IMG/VR virus record: IMGVR_UViG_3300033073_001332
Span: 155,554 to 219,553 of that record
DNA from: a virus
Lineage: Duplodnaviria > Caudoviricetes
Length of the DNA stretch: 64,000 bases
Reading direction: 5' to 3' (one strand)
The translations under genes were made by a program, and so were the position numbers. Position 1 is the first letter of the stretch, and every line of letters starts with the position of its first letter. Below are positions 61,650 to 64,000 of this stretch, one piece after another. Under the pieces are notes generated by a model, which had not been told where the DNA came from, searched no databases, and worked only from the letters and a program-made list of their open reading frames with translations.

Positions 61650-61719
61650 AGTCGTATAGCTCAGTTGGTAGAGCAATCCATTTATGGACGTGTCACAGGT
61701 TTGAATCCCGTTACGGCTT
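61650..61719 (+). pseudogene. Degenerate tRNA-like element
   Basis: Acceptor AGTCGTA/TACGGCT and canonical D-arm, but shortened anticodon arm (TCCA-TTTA-TGGA) and TTTGAAT T-loop. Confidence 0.65.
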
Positions 61720-61728
61720 AACAAAATT

Positions 61729-61761
61729 AAAAAAGGTGTTGGTAACAACACCTTTTTTTTT
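61729..61761. terminator. Bidirectional terminator
   Basis: A6-GGTGTTG-gtaa-CAACACC-T9. Confidence 0.8.
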
Positions 61762-61807
61762 ATTGATATATTTATTATAAAATAATAAAAACAAAAAACA
61801 CAAAATT

Positions 61808-62374
61808 ATGAAGTTTTTAATTTCGGAAGACGAGAAAAGTAGAATTTTGGAAATGCACCAAAATGCTACATCAAAACAATATTTAACAGAGAACGCTGAC
61901 GGCGGATGGATGGGTACCGCACTTAAGGCTATAGAAGCAATGTTTGGAGGTCAAGCAATTGATTCTAAATTTGGTGCAAATGCAACTTACACCACACAGA
62001 ATACATATGCGGCTTACGACTCAAGAGTGAACGGAAAACAATATGTTTGGATTATACCAAAAGGAACTACATGGTCGGTTTCACCTAGTTTAACTTTATT
62101 GACTGCACCTGTTAAAAGAATTAATTATTCGTCTTTAGCTTCTTTCGGGAATGATGAGGCGATTGCTAAAAAATTAAATGATGGAACATTTTTGGCGACT
62201 TTAGCGGCAGGAACCGCAAAAGATTCTACAGGAAAGGTTATTCCTGTTGCTGATGATAAATTAGCAGTAACTAAAGAAACTACTAATCAAGTGGCTAATA
62301 CAAGTGGATTGGTTTCAAGTATTTTATACCCATCTTATTGGAATCAAATGACAGATAAATTTAGAACTTTATAA
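61808..62374 (+). CDS. Hypothetical protein with leader motif
   Basis: MKFLISEDEKSRILEMH...YLTE; TATTTAT 61769. Confidence 0.6.
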   Translation: MKFLISEDEKSRILEMHQNATSKQYLTENADGGWMGTALKAIEAMFGGQAIDSKFGANATYTTQNTYAAYDSRVNGKQYVWIIPKGTTWSVSPSLTLLTAPVKRINYSSLASFGNDEAIAKKLNDGTFLATLAAGTAKDSTGKVIPVADDKLAVTKETTNQVANTSGLVSSILYPSYWNQMTDKFRTL

Positions 62375-62397
62375 TATTATAATCATACTAAAAGATT

Positions 62398-62429
62398 AAA
62401 GGTGTTAAATTTACTTAACACCTTTTTTT
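62398..62429 (+). terminator. Rho-independent terminator
   Basis: AAAGGTGTTAA-atttac-TTAACACCTTT plus T-run. Confidence 0.7.
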
Positions 62430-62458
62430 GTATTCAAAATTTTTTGTATCTTTGTATT

Positions 62459-62962
62459 ATGAAAAACGAAATCAAATACTGTTCACGACAAGAGGGTATC
62501 ATTGGATACGGAGATTCAAAATTAGCAAAAGACGAAACAAACGATTGTGTTGTTGCAACCATCGCATCTTGTTTTGATATTACATATGATAGAGCACATG
62601 CGTTCTGTAAAGATTACTTCAACCGATATAATAGACAAGGAACTTTATCGGTACCATTTAAAATGAATTCATTTTATATTCTTGGAAAAACTCTTAATTA
62701 CAAAAAAGTTAAACCGATGGGTAAGAAAATTGTATTCGGTTTAACAAGTCATTATACTTTGGATTACGAGGTAAAGGTTAAGGGTGTGAAAAAAACAAGA
62801 AAGATGACCGTTGGTACTTTCATCAAAAAAAACCCAAAGGGAACATTCTTTATTTTAGTGAGTGGTCACGCATTCACAATTAAAGATGGTGTTGTTATTG
62901 GTAACTATAATGATGCGACACAAAAGAAAAAACATTTAAAATACGCTTGGCAAGTAAAATAA
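62459..62962 (+). CDS. Papain-like (C39-like) Cys-His domain protein
   Basis: NDCVVATIA...YD and GHAFTIKDG; ATG 4 nt after TATCTTTG. Confidence 0.55.
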   Translation: MKNEIKYCSRQEGIIGYGDSKLAKDETNDCVVATIASCFDITYDRAHAFCKDYFNRYNRQGTLSVPFKMNSFYILGKTLNYKKVKPMGKKIVFGLTSHYTLDYEVKVKGVKKTRKMTVGTFIKKNPKGTFFILVSGHAFTIKDGVVIGNYNDATQKKKHLKYAWQVK

Positions 62963-63049
62963 CATCCATAAACATTTTTAATGAATAAAATCTTATCTAT
63001 ATATTTCTTTTAATTAATTTATTAATAATTATTATGGAAATAATAAGAT

Positions 63050-63277
63050 ATGGACAAAACAAAAAAATGGCAAGATTGGGTCTCAGTAACCCTACTTATG
63101 ATTGGAGCAGTTTTATTGGCTCTAAACATTGAAGAAACAAAATGGGCTTTTCCCATATTATGTATTGGTAGGGCGTGGTTGAGTCTACTAATGTATAAAA
63201 GAAAAGATTGGCCACTATTTCTCAGTAATTTTTCTTTCTTTTTGATTGATATAGTGGGAATAATCAGATGGTTTTAA
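63050..63277 (+). CDS. Small three-TM membrane protein
   Basis: Three hydrophobic segments. Confidence 0.6.
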   Translation: MDKTKKWQDWVSVTLLMIGAVLLALNIEETKWAFPILCIGRAWLSLLMYKRKDWPLFLSNFSFFLIDIVGIIRWF

Positions 63278-63281
63278 GATT

Positions 63282-63551
63282 ATGTTAGAGATTGATTTAT
63301 TGAAAGGAGAATTTAATCCTGATGATTTGAAAGAAGTTTTGATGGAACTTTTAGTAAGCAAAATAAATTTCCATAATAAAAAAAGTTTATCATCAAAAAT
63401 AATTAAAGGGGATGAAGACTATTATTGTAATGAAAGAGTTCAAGAACTAAGATTAGATATTGAAAAAGTTAAAGAATTAGTATCTTCAACTATTGAACAA
63501 AACAAAAAATTAAAAGTTACAGGTAAAATAAAAATAGAAATAATTGAATAA
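63282..63551 (+). CDS. Hypothetical protein
   Basis: 89-aa ORF. Confidence 0.6.
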   Translation: MLEIDLLKGEFNPDDLKEVLMELLVSKINFHNKKSLSSKIIKGDEDYYCNERVQELRLDIEKVKELVSSTIEQNKKLKVTGKIKIEIIE

Positions 63552-63631
63552 AACACTTGTTAATTAGAAAAAAGTACTTATATTTGTAAAAGAATTGAAT
63601 TTTTAACAACAACGATATATTTATAACAAAA

Positions 63632-63742
63632 ATGAAAACAACTCAAAAACATATGGTCATTTGTAAACCGAGCACACAGTGGTCGTTTAATAGCTATAGA
63701 ACGCTACGTTCAGGTAATAGGGCATTTTCATTTATGAGTTAA
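63632..63742 (+). CDS. 36-aa putative leader peptide upstream of tRNA cluster
   Basis: MKTTQKHMVICKPSTQWSFNSYRTLRSGNRAFSFMS; two promoter motifs upstream, terminator downstream. Confidence 0.45.
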   Translation: MKTTQKHMVICKPSTQWSFNSYRTLRSGNRAFSFMS

Positions 63743-63774
63743 GAAAGATTAACAAAACTAGAAAGGAATGTAAG

Positions 63775-63803
63775 ACCCGAGACCAAAAATCTCGGGTTTT
63801 TTT
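63775..63803 (+). terminator. Terminator/attenuator before tRNA cluster
   Basis: ACCCGAGA-ccaaaaa-TCTCGGGT plus T-run. Confidence 0.8.
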
Positions 63804-63818
63804 ATTCCCAAAAAATTC

Positions 63819-63890
63819 GGTTCCTTAGTATAGTTGGTAATATCCCGGCTTTGTAACCCGGAGTCGTCAGTTCGAACCTGACAGGAACCT
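63819..63890 (+). tRNA. tRNA-Thr(UGU)
   Basis: GGTTCCT/AGGAACC acceptor; TT-TGT-AA loop; GTCAG-TTCGAAC-CTGAC; C:C mismatch at base of anticodon loop. Confidence 0.85.
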
Positions 63891-63928
63891 CAAAAGAAAA
63901 TGTTCTTTGACATATTGGCTTCATAAAT

Positions 63929-63999
63929 TGTCTCGTAGCCTAAAGGCAGGGCACCGGATTTTGGCTCCGGGTGTGTTGGTTCGAGTCCAGCCGAGACAA
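63929..63999 (+). tRNA. tRNA-Gln(UUG)
   Basis: TGTCTCG/CGAGACA acceptor; CCGGA-TTTTGGC-TCCGG; GTTGG-TTCGAGT-CCAGC. Confidence 0.9.
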
Positions 64000-64000
64000 C

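Noticed and set aside
61650-61719. Ochre suppressor tRNA or stop-codon reassignment
   Set aside because: Loop is not a canonical 7-nt anticodon loop; TAA, TAG and TGA all end genes and ORFs are intact in code 11
59488-62458. ORF-track starts at 59488, 60317, 60645 and 62402
   Set aside because: Extensions run through terminators, promoters or neighbouring genes; starts at 59554, 60422, 60798 and 62459 fit the promoter spacing better

Overview
AT-rich segment of a large, probably jumbo, myovirus-like phage genome using the standard genetic code. A Bacteroidota host is inferred from TTTG-N~20-TAnnTTTG promoters, SprB repeats, a Bacteroidota-type sigma-70, Hc1 and a DUF6576-like domain. 1-24.7 kb: baseplate/tail/fibre module of Cys-rich, Thr/Pro- and Gly-X-X-repeat proteins with an embedded GT60-type GlcNAc transferase. 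24.7-34.5 kb: RuvC-like resolvase, primase, PD-(D/E)XK nuclease, SbcD/SbcC, sigma factor. 34.5-58 kb: membrane and lysis-like genes, Hc1, DnaJ, two DNA methyltransferases, LRR and PcfJ-like proteins, glutaredoxin, a degenerate MetK-like protein, glutamine synthetase II, an HNH insertion, a DHH phosphoesterase and DUF192. 58.4-64 kb: an ~830-nt structured ncRNA (GOLLD-like), small genes and tRNAs (Arg, Thr, Gln plus one degenerate tRNA). Best leads: virion O-glycosylation by GT60; a TATTTATA promoter regulon whose products share an N-terminal (I/L/V)-x-E leader; a ~160-nt structured RNA antisense to an RNase-like gene; the large ncRNA with boxA-like sites; a leader ORF plus terminator before the tRNA cluster; a MetK pseudoenzyme; an HNH insertion that replaced its target's 5' end. 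All family calls are motif recognition by eye; no database search was run.
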